64,000 bases of DNA. Source: Saccostrea cucullata (Eukaryota). Below the pieces are notes generated by a model, which saw only the letters and a list, made by a program, of their open reading frames with translations, was not told the origin of the DNA and ran no database searches. Location: the NCBI RefSeq assembly GCF_032062105.1, contig NW_026931824.1:310001-374000 (forward strand), read 5' to 3'. A program made the translations under genes and the position numbers. Shown here piece by piece: positions 13,165 through 24,000 of the stretch; positions within the stretch are counted from its first letter, which is position 1, and the number at the start of each line of letters is the position of its first letter.

Positions 13165-14592
13165 ATGAACGAAAAAGAAAAAAGAATAGTTCAACGTCTT
13201 CATTACAAATTAATTACGAACATACGGACAGAGGAAATTGCGCCACTGTTATACTCAAAAGAAGTTATAAGTGGCAATTTCTTAAGTGATATCCTCCATA
13301 AAAGTACCCCCAACGCCGAGAAAATGTCAGCTCTTTTGTTTGAGGTGTGTGATCGTTGTTCAATGCCGGACTTTGTTGAATGCTTGGACGAAGCAGGATA
13401 TGATTTTTGGGGGACAGAAATAAGGCTGTTGATAGAAAAACCTGATAGCTCTCTTCAGATTCGAAATTATGCCAGACAGTCTACCTCTCAAAATTCCTCT
13501 TTTGTGGATAGTTTTGCAGAAAAAGTAAAGTTTAAGATTCTTAATGCAGAGGCACGAAACTTCAAGTGTGATTTTAAACGCTGGGCCAAGCGGTTACTGT
13601 ATAGTCTGCGTCATGGCCGACTCTCTTTATCCGAGTCTCGTCTGCAAGCCGATTGTTGCTTTATACTGCTCGACTCTCTGGCTGTCATTGAGAGAACTCA
13701 CTCCTCAGACAAGGATAATCTCTGGAAATCACCGGTGTTTCCCGAAATGGAATATCTGATATCTAAAACTTCTAACCCTATTTCAAGTAGAATACGACAT
13801 CATGCTCGATACGGCGTCGCTCTTTTTCTTGGAGGTAAAGATGACGAAGGAGAAGAATATATTGAGGCAGCTCTGAAGGACGCCAAAACATTTCTACAAT
13901 CAGGTCGTGACATCGGAAACTGCATATTTGCACTGGTCAATTTTAAATTAAATCAATTCAGGAAAAGGAATGCCATGGATGGTAAACAAAACATTCTTAA
14001 TCTTATAGAAGATGGAATTGGGTATTTTCAGAACGAAGATGATGACACTAGAAATAATTGGCGAGGGGTGTATCTTGACAAGAAAATATCTTGCCATTTG
14101 GCTCTTGACCCTACAGGACGAGCTATTACTAATGTCCCGATTTCGAACGAAGATCTAAAGGTTGCCAAGGAATGTCTCTGTGAAATGGCCAATCTGAGTA
14201 GGAAAGACAAACGAAGAAAAATTCATTTTTATCGAGAACAAGCATGTTTGTGCGAAAGAGAATCAGAATTTTGGATTGCGAAAGGCTATCTATATCAGGC
14301 TTTGGAATTATGTAAGGAGGGAGGATATGAATCCGAATTGCACATTTTAGAACAAGAATTAGGAGAGCAAAGCTCTAATTTGACAATCAATGACAATGTT
14401 ACACCATGCATGACAGTAGATTTGACGTGGGACGATGGCTCCCAAAGTCCGGAGGAGGATCAGAATGGGGGTTGTTTATCAGAGACTGCTGCTTCACATG
14501 GCATATCAAACGCATGTATGTCAGAAATATCTCATAAATTAAAAATCGAAAACAATTCTTCAACAGAGAGTGATCTAGTAATGGATGGGTAA
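13165..14592 (+). CDS. Intronless protein with N-terminal CARD/death-fold-like domain, TPR-like alpha-helical core and acidic tail (paralog A, 475 aa)
   Basis: Uninterrupted 1.4-kb ORF in AT-rich DNA. Residues ~1-90 follow a CARD-like pattern (KLITNIRTEEIAPLLYSKEVIS...KMSALL...FVECLDEAGYDFWGTEI). The core has TPR-like helices (YGVALFLGGKDDEGEEYIEAALK; AKGYLYQALELCKEGGY). Clear homology to 15904-17400. The ORF call is firm; the domain call is pattern-based. Confidence 0.8.
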   Translation: MNEKEKRIVQRLHYKLITNIRTEEIAPLLYSKEVISGNFLSDILHKSTPNAEKMSALLFEVCDRCSMPDFVECLDEAGYDFWGTEIRLLIEKPDSSLQIRNYARQSTSQNSSFVDSFAEKVKFKILNAEARNFKCDFKRWAKRLLYSLRHGRLSLSESRLQADCCFILLDSLAVIERTHSSDKDNLWKSPVFPEMEYLISKTSNPISSRIRHHARYGVALFLGGKDDEGEEYIEAALKDAKTFLQSGRDIGNCIFALVNFKLNQFRKRNAMDGKQNILNLIEDGIGYFQNEDDDTRNNWRGVYLDKKISCHLALDPTGRAITNVPISNEDLKVAKECLCEMANLSRKDKRRKIHFYREQACLCERESEFWIAKGYLYQALELCKEGGYESELHILEQELGEQSSNLTINDNVTPCMTVDLTWDDGSQSPEEDQNGGCLSETAASHGISNACMSEISHKLKIENNSSTESDLVMDG

Positions 14593-15903
14593 ATAAACAT
14601 ATACTTATATTTGAGTTTATGTTAACTATAGTTCTAACTCATGGGGTATATATGTTGCTCTTTTAAATCAAATAACAGACATATGTCAAAATTTAAATAT
14701 CGAAAACAATACGCTTACATCTTTAAAAGATAGTGATGTTTTATTTGTTAAATGTTTTTAAAAATATTAATTTAATAATTTTTGGTATTATTTAATTAGT
14801 TATTAATCACAAATTAAAATTGGTATCGATAATAATGATTTTTTTTATATTTGTATAACTAAAACAGTTCTTCCAAAAGACACCAAAGTCAATGACCTTG
14901 TGACCTTGACTGTGACCTACAAGCTAAAAATAGCTTTATCGATTTTTTTCAATAACTTTAACCTATCTGTTTTATAAATAAAAAATTCCCATATTAAAAA
15001 ACATGTATTATGGGAAATTTTTATATACATAAAAAGATATGTTAAAAACTTCAAGCGCCTGTGCATCATTTTAAATTTTTAAAGATTAAGTATATAAATG
15101 TATACATTGTTAACGTTTACATTGTTTTTATTAATGTTTAATAATTACATGGTATAAGGGTGTTCTCTTTAACGCATAGTTTTATTATTCTCTTTGTTTA
15201 TATCTTATTTGCATAAATTGTTGAAAAAAAATTATTTTTATGTTAATATTCAAAAGTTGTTTGGTAAGTCTACATGTGTACCTTAAAAGCTTTAGAAGAG
15301 AGTGGCTGGCTGACTGTATGAATACATTTGAAAAAAATGAAAGAGATATAAAAGATTCTCAGATTTGATGCCTTTACCTAATACTAGTATTTCAAAGATA
15401 TCACCATAAGTTTCTTCAACACAAATGGTTCATCGCTATACATATGTAGCTATACAACAATTGAATGAAGAAAAACCGCAAGGCATAGCAGAGTAAGAAC
15501 TCAATATTTAACAGGAAAAAGAACTAGCGAATCCGGCCGACGCGTTGTTATCATAAAAAGGATTCTTACAGTAGTCTACTTATATTTCATTTATAAAAAA
15601 GAGCACGCCTTTATATCACTAACATGCAGTTGCGGAAAATAAACATCACACAAGGAGTTGGTATTTCCTGCGTTCAAGGCCAAATGCAGCTAAATACATG
15701 TATATCTTTCTATTGAACACTTGTATACTTTATGCAAGACAGTGCAAGTTAGTATGCAGACGACTTTCTGAATGGAAATATTTTTGAAAGGGATTATTAA
15801 AAAACATTCCGAACGGTATAAATACCAATGAGCTGTATTGTACTTTATTCGAAAAGTAAACATTATGTGGGACCGTTTTCTGTTATAATTTCGGATGTGA
15901 AAA

Positions 15904-17400
15904 ATGAATGACATAGAAAAAGGAATATTGCGTGGCTTTTATCCTATGTTTATAGCTACTATACGTGCGGAGTTAATTGCGCCATTGTTATACGCCAAGA
16001 AAATAATTAACTGGAAGCTGCTAAACAGAAGTTCCAGTAAGGATTTAACAAATGTCGCAAGAATCACGAGTCTGCTACGCAAGGTGAGACGACGATCTTC
16101 TATGGAGGACTTTTTGGAATGTCTGAACAAAGCAGGGTATGACTTTTGTTGTGAAGAAATAAAACAAAGTCTTCAAGTAAAACAAAATGAAAATAACCAG
16201 CTTTGTACTTTTACCAGACAGCCAGGCACTCAGAGTCTGTCTTTTGTTGATAGTTTTGCAGAGAAAGTAAAGGTAAAAATTCACAATTCTGAGGCACGAA
16301 ATTTCAAGTGTGATTTCTTAAGCTGGACAGAACGGCTTTTGAATCAGCAGGATCTAAGTCAGTGTTCTCTCTCCGAGACGCGTCAAAGAGCCGATTGCTG
16401 TTTTATACTGTTAGACTCTGTTGCAGTTATTGAGAGAACTCATTCAGCGGACATCGAAAATCTCTGGAAATCACCGGTATTTTCCCAAATGGAGAATCTG
16501 ATATCTAAAACCTCTAACCCTATATCAAGTAGAATACGACATCATGCTCGATACGGTGTCGCCCTTTTCCTGGGGGGTAAAGACGAAGAGGGAGAGGAAT
16601 ATATAGAGGCAGCTCTGAAGGACGCCAAAACATTCCTGCATTCAGGTCGTGATATCGGAAACTGCATGTTTGCACTGGTTAATTACAAACTTAAAAGATT
16701 CGCTAAAACAAAATCCGTTAAGGATAAAGAAGACATTTTGAAACTCACAGAAGAGGGGCTTGGTTATTTTCAGAATGAAGACGAGGGCATACGAAACACA
16801 TGGCGAAGAGTTTACCTTGACAAGAAAATATCATGTCATTTAGCCCTTGAACCTTCAGGACGAGTAATAGAGAATGTTGACATTTCAAGTGAGGACATGA
16901 AGGCAGCAAAAGAATGCCTCTGTGAAATGGATAAAGCAGTAGAAGTGATGGACAAAAGAAGGAAAGTCCATTTTTATCGAGCAAAAGCTCATCTTCACAA
17001 CCTGGAATCAAATTTTCGAATTGCAAAAGGTTATTTAGAAGAGGCTTTGGAATTATGCGTAGAGGGAGGGTACGAATCTGAGCTTTGTGCTATAAAAGAG
17101 GAACTAGGTGAACAAGCAACTCCGGTTACCCAGAGTGACACTGCCATGGATTTAGATTTGACGGAATATGCAGAGGGACATGCTGTAAAAGACGTCAATT
17201 TAATGAGTGAAATTCCTAGTTCTCTTCCTAAGACTAGTTCATCTATATCAACTCTCGTTAATAAATGTATCTCAGATTTATCAGGGAAACTAAACTTCAG
17301 TAATACTTTGATGCCCTCCTCAGTCAAGAGAAAGTTGGACACTGATGAACTTTATGCCAGATATAAGAAAGTAATTCACAGGAGCTCGTGCGATACGTGA
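15904..17400 (+). CDS. Intronless CARD/death-fold-like plus TPR-like protein (paralog B, 498 aa)
   Basis: Uninterrupted 1.5-kb ORF, collinear with paralog A, with long near-identical blocks (e.g. LISKTSNPISSRIRHHARYGVALFLGGKD). Ser-rich tail ending in a basic motif (KRKLD...RYKK). Confidence 0.8.
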   Translation: MNDIEKGILRGFYPMFIATIRAELIAPLLYAKKIINWKLLNRSSSKDLTNVARITSLLRKVRRRSSMEDFLECLNKAGYDFCCEEIKQSLQVKQNENNQLCTFTRQPGTQSLSFVDSFAEKVKVKIHNSEARNFKCDFLSWTERLLNQQDLSQCSLSETRQRADCCFILLDSVAVIERTHSADIENLWKSPVFSQMENLISKTSNPISSRIRHHARYGVALFLGGKDEEGEEYIEAALKDAKTFLHSGRDIGNCMFALVNYKLKRFAKTKSVKDKEDILKLTEEGLGYFQNEDEGIRNTWRRVYLDKKISCHLALEPSGRVIENVDISSEDMKAAKECLCEMDKAVEVMDKRRKVHFYRAKAHLHNLESNFRIAKGYLEEALELCVEGGYESELCAIKEELGEQATPVTQSDTAMDLDLTEYAEGHAVKDVNLMSEIPSSLPKTSSSISTLVNKCISDLSGKLNFSNTLMPSSVKRKLDTDELYARYKKVIHRSSCDT

Positions 17401-18090
17401 TACACAAGAAAAAAAAATTAACCTTCGAAAAAAATTAATATGAACAGAAAACTCGAAGTATGTGTTTTTCATTTGTGTCTGCAACCTCTTAAAATTAAAT
17501 AGTTCTTAATGCGGCTGTTAAATATCAGCGCATACATTATTTTCTGCATTCTACATCAATGAGAGTTCCTTTACATTAAAGAAGGTGTGGTTTTAGCTAT
17601 ATTGTGAGCTAAAAATGTAATGTCATAAAAAGGTTTTGAAACTGGCTTAAATATTAGTTAAGTGTATGACTGTGATAAATCGGGAAAAAATATGGCACAA
17701 AGGATTACTATTCTGAAAATATGACGTCATTAATGTGATGCATTTCTGTATTTTTAACAGAAAAAGCCTCAAATTAGCCAATTTCAAGGGGAATTTTCCT
17801 TTAGAAAATCGTGTCCACAGCTGTCGCCCACTTTAATTTTTTGACATATTGAGCAAAAAACAATTTTAAAAAATCACATCTCCAAATCTTTCTGGGCTAT
17901 GCCCGTAGACAATATTTTCTGAAAGAAAATTCCATTTAAAATTTCAGTATTTATTGCGAAATTAATTGTTCGTTTTCTACCGGTAATAGTCACTGTAACG
18001 CAAAGATTGTTTTTATCTATTTGTCGACACTACGGTCGTATTCAATAGATAAGACAGAAAATATTCCATGCGAAGAGCCGACAGAACACC

Positions 18091-21000
18091 ATGGCATTGC
18101 AGAGAAAAATCATTATACCGACATTGACAGGTTAAGTAATTGAAGAAATTATGACTTTTATCCAAAAGTAAGATTTCATACTGATACGAAGGTCAATAAT
18201 TCTTGCTTTTACATTGTCATTATTCAGTAGACACATTAGGTATGATATAACTTTGTCTATTTATTAATGATTCATGAATAACTATTTCGAAGACTTTATG
18301 ATCCTTCACATGTTCATGTATATTGTGTCTCAGTTGATGAAAAGTATCTTTCTAAATTTAATGATTTAACCATATATGAGATAATACATGTAACTTAACT
18401 TACTTTGAAGAATTCTGGATCTTGTATATTTTGTATAGGTTAAGATATGATACATATATTCGTATATTTCTTAATTCAATATTTTGACCTAATGATAATA
18501 AAAAAGTAATTTTGCTCTTTGTATTACTATTATTATTCACCTGGCTTGGTATAGTTTTCTAAAGTTTATATTACACTTTTGGCACCAAGGTAACATATTC
18601 TGAAATTTATTTTCACCTGTAAACCTTAACTGAGTGTAATATTACTAATATTTTCCAAGTTTATTTCATTTTCCAGTTCTTAGGAGAAAAAATGCTAAGA
18701 ATTATCTACATTTCTAAACTTGTGACATGATATTAAGACTATTCAAAAGAAAAAAATTGTTTGTATCATCTGTCCTTAAATTCATTTCTTAGTTCTGTCG
18801 TGCTTGATTGGATTTTTCGTTTCACCGACTGATGGCGCCCTACCTCCCAGCTGCACGCCTCTCGAAGAACACCCTTTGGACACAGCTGACCCAGGGATCA
18901 TATTTGGAAGAACCGCGGAGGTAGGGAACAAAGCGTCTCCGGTTAGGACCGGTAATATGCGTCAACATGGACCGCTTCCAACTCACCATTTTGCAACCAA
19001 TGAAATAAAGAATAACAAACCAATTCCAATGAGGCTGTTCCCTTATGAAGGCAGGTGAATTATTCTGAAAAATTGGGTGTAGCTACATATCAAATACGAG
19101 CTAAATTTCACAAATGAAATTTTTTTTCTCGAGTGATGAAGATGGGAAGGAACTTTTACCAATCTTTCAGCAATAATGAATTCCGCTGGTATTGTGTACG
19201 ACGCATATACAATGGACAGGTGGACAAATCCGGATCGAACGGATTTGATGATGCAGCAATCAGCATGGAAGTCTGGTGAGCCTTGGAACAAATTGACAGA
19301 CATGGGAACCAACATGCGACAAGTGGTAAGCGGTCCAGACGGGAATCCCGGAGGTGAATTCTCAGGTAAATATGACTAAAACACAGTATTGGTCGCATAT
19401 GCTGTTTCTACTAGATATTATCATCAAGTTTTCATCCATGTTCAGGTGAGTCCGGTGTCAGAGTAGGAATTTCCGGAAGTTCCGATCCGGTTTTGACAAG
19501 TTTTGGAGATCTGTACGCCAACTTTGAATATCATGGCAACGGAGGGAAAATGGAGGTATCGTATACCGTACTATTTTCTTTCGAATACAAGTAACATACG
19601 ATGTACATTGCAAAGACAATACATATTAAGGTGAAGATGTTCCACGCTTCAGGTGCCCTTGGTGCGTGGATCGGCCTTGCTGACCCATCTTTTCACTAAC
19701 GCCAATCCCGTTATTAAGCCTTTCTGTTTGTCCAACTTTGCAGGACACCATGTAAATTTCAACTGCCCTTTAGAAAGAACAGGTATGTAATGTCTGTATA
19801 TTTTTGCGACATACCTCTGTATAGAGACATAATTTATCTGATTATGTCCTAATTTTCATGAAGTATTGGATGCTGGAAGTGGGCATGCTAGCGCCACCTG
19901 CTCTGGTGGAACATTGCACCTAAGACTTCAAAACACCAAAAGAATCACAGATGTGACTAAGATACAGTTTGCTGCCAGACCGAAGGCTCGCTGGACTGCC
20001 GGGGATCACCCTATGACTAACTGTGATGCCAGAAAGTGTAGACTTTCTAGTGATGGAAAGATCCTGCAAATAGACGTGCCCAATGCTCATGGTTAGATTT
20101 CTTTTGACTATCATCTATGTCTTCCAACGTTTACAATCTATTGGAATTCCCATGGGTTCCATTTGCGCTCCGTTTTTAGCAGACCTATTTTTGTATTCAT
20201 ATGAAGCAGAATTTATGCAAAATCTTATGCGTGAAAAGAAGAAAACACTTGCCGTGGCCTTCAAATCGACTTTCAGCTATATCGATGACGTATTGTCAAT
20301 TAACAATGGTGATTTCCATTCCTACGTCGATACGATACACCCAAGAGAGCTTGAGATTAAAGACACGACAGAGTCTGACACATCTGTTTCATACTTGGAT
20401 ATTTTACTTTAAAAAGACGTTAATGGTAACTTAACAACCAAGCTGTATGATAAACGTGACGACTTTAACTTTTCTATCGTCAACTTCCCTTACTTATGCA
20501 GCAACATTCCTTCATCACCTGCATACAGAGTGTATACATCTCAGTTGATTCGATACGCAAGAGCATGCTCTACGTATAAACAATTTCTAAAACGAGGTAA
20601 ATTATTGACAAGCAAGTTGACGAAACAAGAATATCAACAGCCTCGTTTAAAGTCATCATTTCGTAAGTTCTATGGTCGATACAATGACCTTGTCAGCAAA
20701 TACAATTTATCATTGAGTCAAATGCTGACTGACGTTTTTCATACCAATTGTTAGTCCATTATTGATACACTGAATTGACGACGGATTTTCCCGTTATTTC
20801 CTGACAATGGTGACAAGGAGCACACGACGGGTGTGACCGGTAAGCAGGGGATGCTCACTCCTCCATGACACCTGATCCCACCTCTGATGTTTCGGAGGTC
20901 CGTGTTTGCTCTGCTCTTATTTTGTATTGTTTTATGGACTTTGAGATTGAATACTGTTCGTTGTCTCCATATCCTTCCTTATGCAAAACCATTAACAATG

Positions 21001-24000
21001 GTCCTTAGATTATTTAGGGATTTTGAAGTTAAGGTGCTCCATTGATCAATGTTGAAATGCGTTCATTCTTTGAAAATCTTGGGTATTTTCCGAAGAGAAA
21101 TTATGTACATAACTCTAATGAGCAAGAGTGCTTCTTCCGAACTTGTGAAATCCATGGAACACTTCATCGTGTCTTCTGGAGATGAGGGGGCTCTTTGTTG
21201 CTCAAGAGAAAATGTGTTATTTTTTAATAAAGATCTTCATATAGCTCTGCTCCCAGAATTTTTTAGCAGACAAAATAAATACATAACTATAATGCATGGC
21301 TTCCAAAATTGTGAAATTTTAGATCTTGTGGGTGAGAATTTTACTATTAGGACACGGAATTTTATGGGCATATTCTTGATTATATTAATTTTATCAAATT
21401 TGATCCAAACCCTCAAAACTAAATTTCTTGCCGTTTGCCTGTGTATGCCAAACTTGGTTGGCATTGGATTATAAATCATTGTATGAGTTCAAGCGGGTTC
21501 TGAGAGTGTATCGTATTCTTTATGCTGCTAGAATCTGCATGCTTGATAGAAACATTGCAAAATTTATATTTGCTATGTCAATATTTTGAGCAGGTGTTAT
21601 GGCGTTTGCTTTTAACTACGTTGGTCACTACGTCACTCCTTGGGATTGGATAAATCACCCGGAAGAAGTCACGTGTCATAGTCGACGCAGCGAAAAAAGA
21701 GCTGGGGGTCATATATCGTTACATGCATCGTGTGACTCCAACAGGAATCTGCAGCTTGATGTTGACCTTGGTCACTATAACATCCCAGGTGTTGACAAGG
21801 TTGTTTAAGCATGTACATTTTGATTACATTACTTGTATCCATTGACATGGCAGTAATTCAATGTAATGTTTTTCAGTTTAATATGTCAAAACAAAAATAA
21901 GGCTCAATATAAATATCAAATCTCCATTCATATTCGATTTTAAACTTTGAAAATGGCGATATTGCATGACCTTTAATAAGTAAAATGCTATCACTTATTT
22001 ATACCTTAATGGTCACTAACAGATTCAGTATGCTGTTGAGCCGGAGAATGCCTGGGGGAACCCCCCACCTATGCGCACCTGTAACCCCACCCTCTGTACC
22101 CACACCGGAAACACCGTCACTGTCAAACTGCGAGCACCTGCTCAGAACATTAAGTAAGGAGAAAGCAAAATATAGGCAAAAGTTTACATTCTAATCTTCT
22201 TATGCGACCGGAAACTCTCATTTAGCTGTAAGAAGTATATCTTCATGCTTTATCTATCGAAAAAAGGAAGTCACATGCAAACAGCATAATATGAAAATGT
22301 GTTATACTTTCTAAAGAGAAAACTTTTACATGTACTGTTTTTTTGTTTGCGACTTGAAATAATTGCTATGTGGGAGACTTCTAAGTTGAGGAAGTGTCTG
22401 TTTCTTACTTGAATATTGTACAATAAAAACAGTTTTTAATCATTTGATGATGATCTATTATCGAAATTCTAATGTAAGGAAAAAATTTCAATTTGAAACT
22501 GTGATTAAAAATTTAAAGTAATTAGTCTTCAATTGCTAGCAATGTTCCAATTTGCTTATAGACTTGCAGTCAACGTCATAGGTTACGTAACCCTTCCACA
22601 CTCTTACTGGATAGAACGCCCATATAGAATGGTCTGTGGGGGACCTGACTTAGGATCAACGGCTTCAGGTAATAAAGCTATGAAAACCGGAAACATATAC
22701 ATGTGTAAACAAGAGGTTGAGTTAATAAATGTGAAGACAGCAATGTAATGTAAGGGTTCTGTCTGAAAGAAATATGACTTTATTAAGAGTAGTACTCAAA
22801 CCATGTATGCAACTTGGTGTTTACCTTACATCACAATAGGAATTTTTTTATATCCTGCATTCAGGTGGAAGTCACGTGACTCCAGCCCCGACCCTACACT
22901 CCATCACCACACCCCCTCAACATCAGACACACTCACCTCACACGATTCGGACGACTGCCTCTTCCCGACCTCTAACCCAGGGGTCGAAGTTTATCATGGA
23001 ACTGAATGAACCAGGTGATGAATTACCAAACCAAACAAGAAAATTCTTACTGTATTTCCAAAGTCCAGTCACCCCGCACATCAACGAGGTCGACAATACA
23101 ATAATTTTTACTCCTTCAAACGGTGGTCATTACTCAGGATTCATGCAGCTAGCTTATTTAGGAGCGGGTCCAAGGGGAGATCACTCAAATGATACAGTTC
23201 TAGACAGGTATCTTGGGGTGTATTCCTATAAGCCTAAGGCGTCTTACTGCGTCAAGAATGACCGAGCATATGCCAGTTTTGATTGGAATCCCAACAACCA
23301 GTTTTCCTATCAGTCAGCAGGAACGCTTCTCATGATCACGATGCCACACCATGTATGTTAAAGCATTTTACGTACATATACATGTACGCTAGTATTTCAA
23401 AGGAAGTTTTGATAATGAAGAGACCATATTGACAAAGAAAACCTTCACTTCAAAATAAGTGACATTTAAATTATGATATGAAGGAGAATGTCTAAAAAAT
23501 ATTATCTTAATTTTTCATTGCAGGCATACATCTTAAAAGATCATTTTGCAGCAAATTTGCGGTCTACAGTCTATACGTTCAAGGGTTTTGAGGGAGCGAG
23601 CTGGTTATTAGACATGGAGGCACCACGTGCCGCTATGGAACCCGATCCTGCTGCTGTACAGGCTATAAAGGCCAACAACCAACATCTTCAGGTAGTTCTA
23701 GCCCTGGATTCCACAAACTAAGGTCAATGAAATAGTACCAATTATCTACCTTTTCGCCAATGCTACTAAGGTATTTGAAGGTCGTATTTTCTACCATCTA
23801 CTAGTAACATAAACATCCTTCATTGTTTTTAGAGATGGATTCATGCCTTTTTAGTCTATCTCATTTATCCTTTGTATGAAATTCTGCAAGCTATTGAGAC
23901 GATGGGTGCATCCTTTGTATACAATCCCTTTGATCCTTTACAGAACACACTGCAGGCTATAGAGATGGATTCATACTTTTGTAATCAATATCTTTGATTC

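Noticed and set aside
13165-17400. Calling the paired ORFs NLRs, RIG-I-like receptors or transposases
   Set aside because: No Walker A, helicase or DDE motif is visible, and no flanking TIRs or TSDs enclose the pair.
20880-20900. Hammerhead ribozyme or SECIS in the PLE 3' end
   Set aside because: CTGATGTT lacks the CUGANGA/GAAA core, and the in-frame stop in the RT is TAA, not TGA.
21049-21474. 141-aa ORF in GH81 intron 6
   Set aside because: Overlaps a decayed copy of the HINE-borne satellite family; no protein motif.
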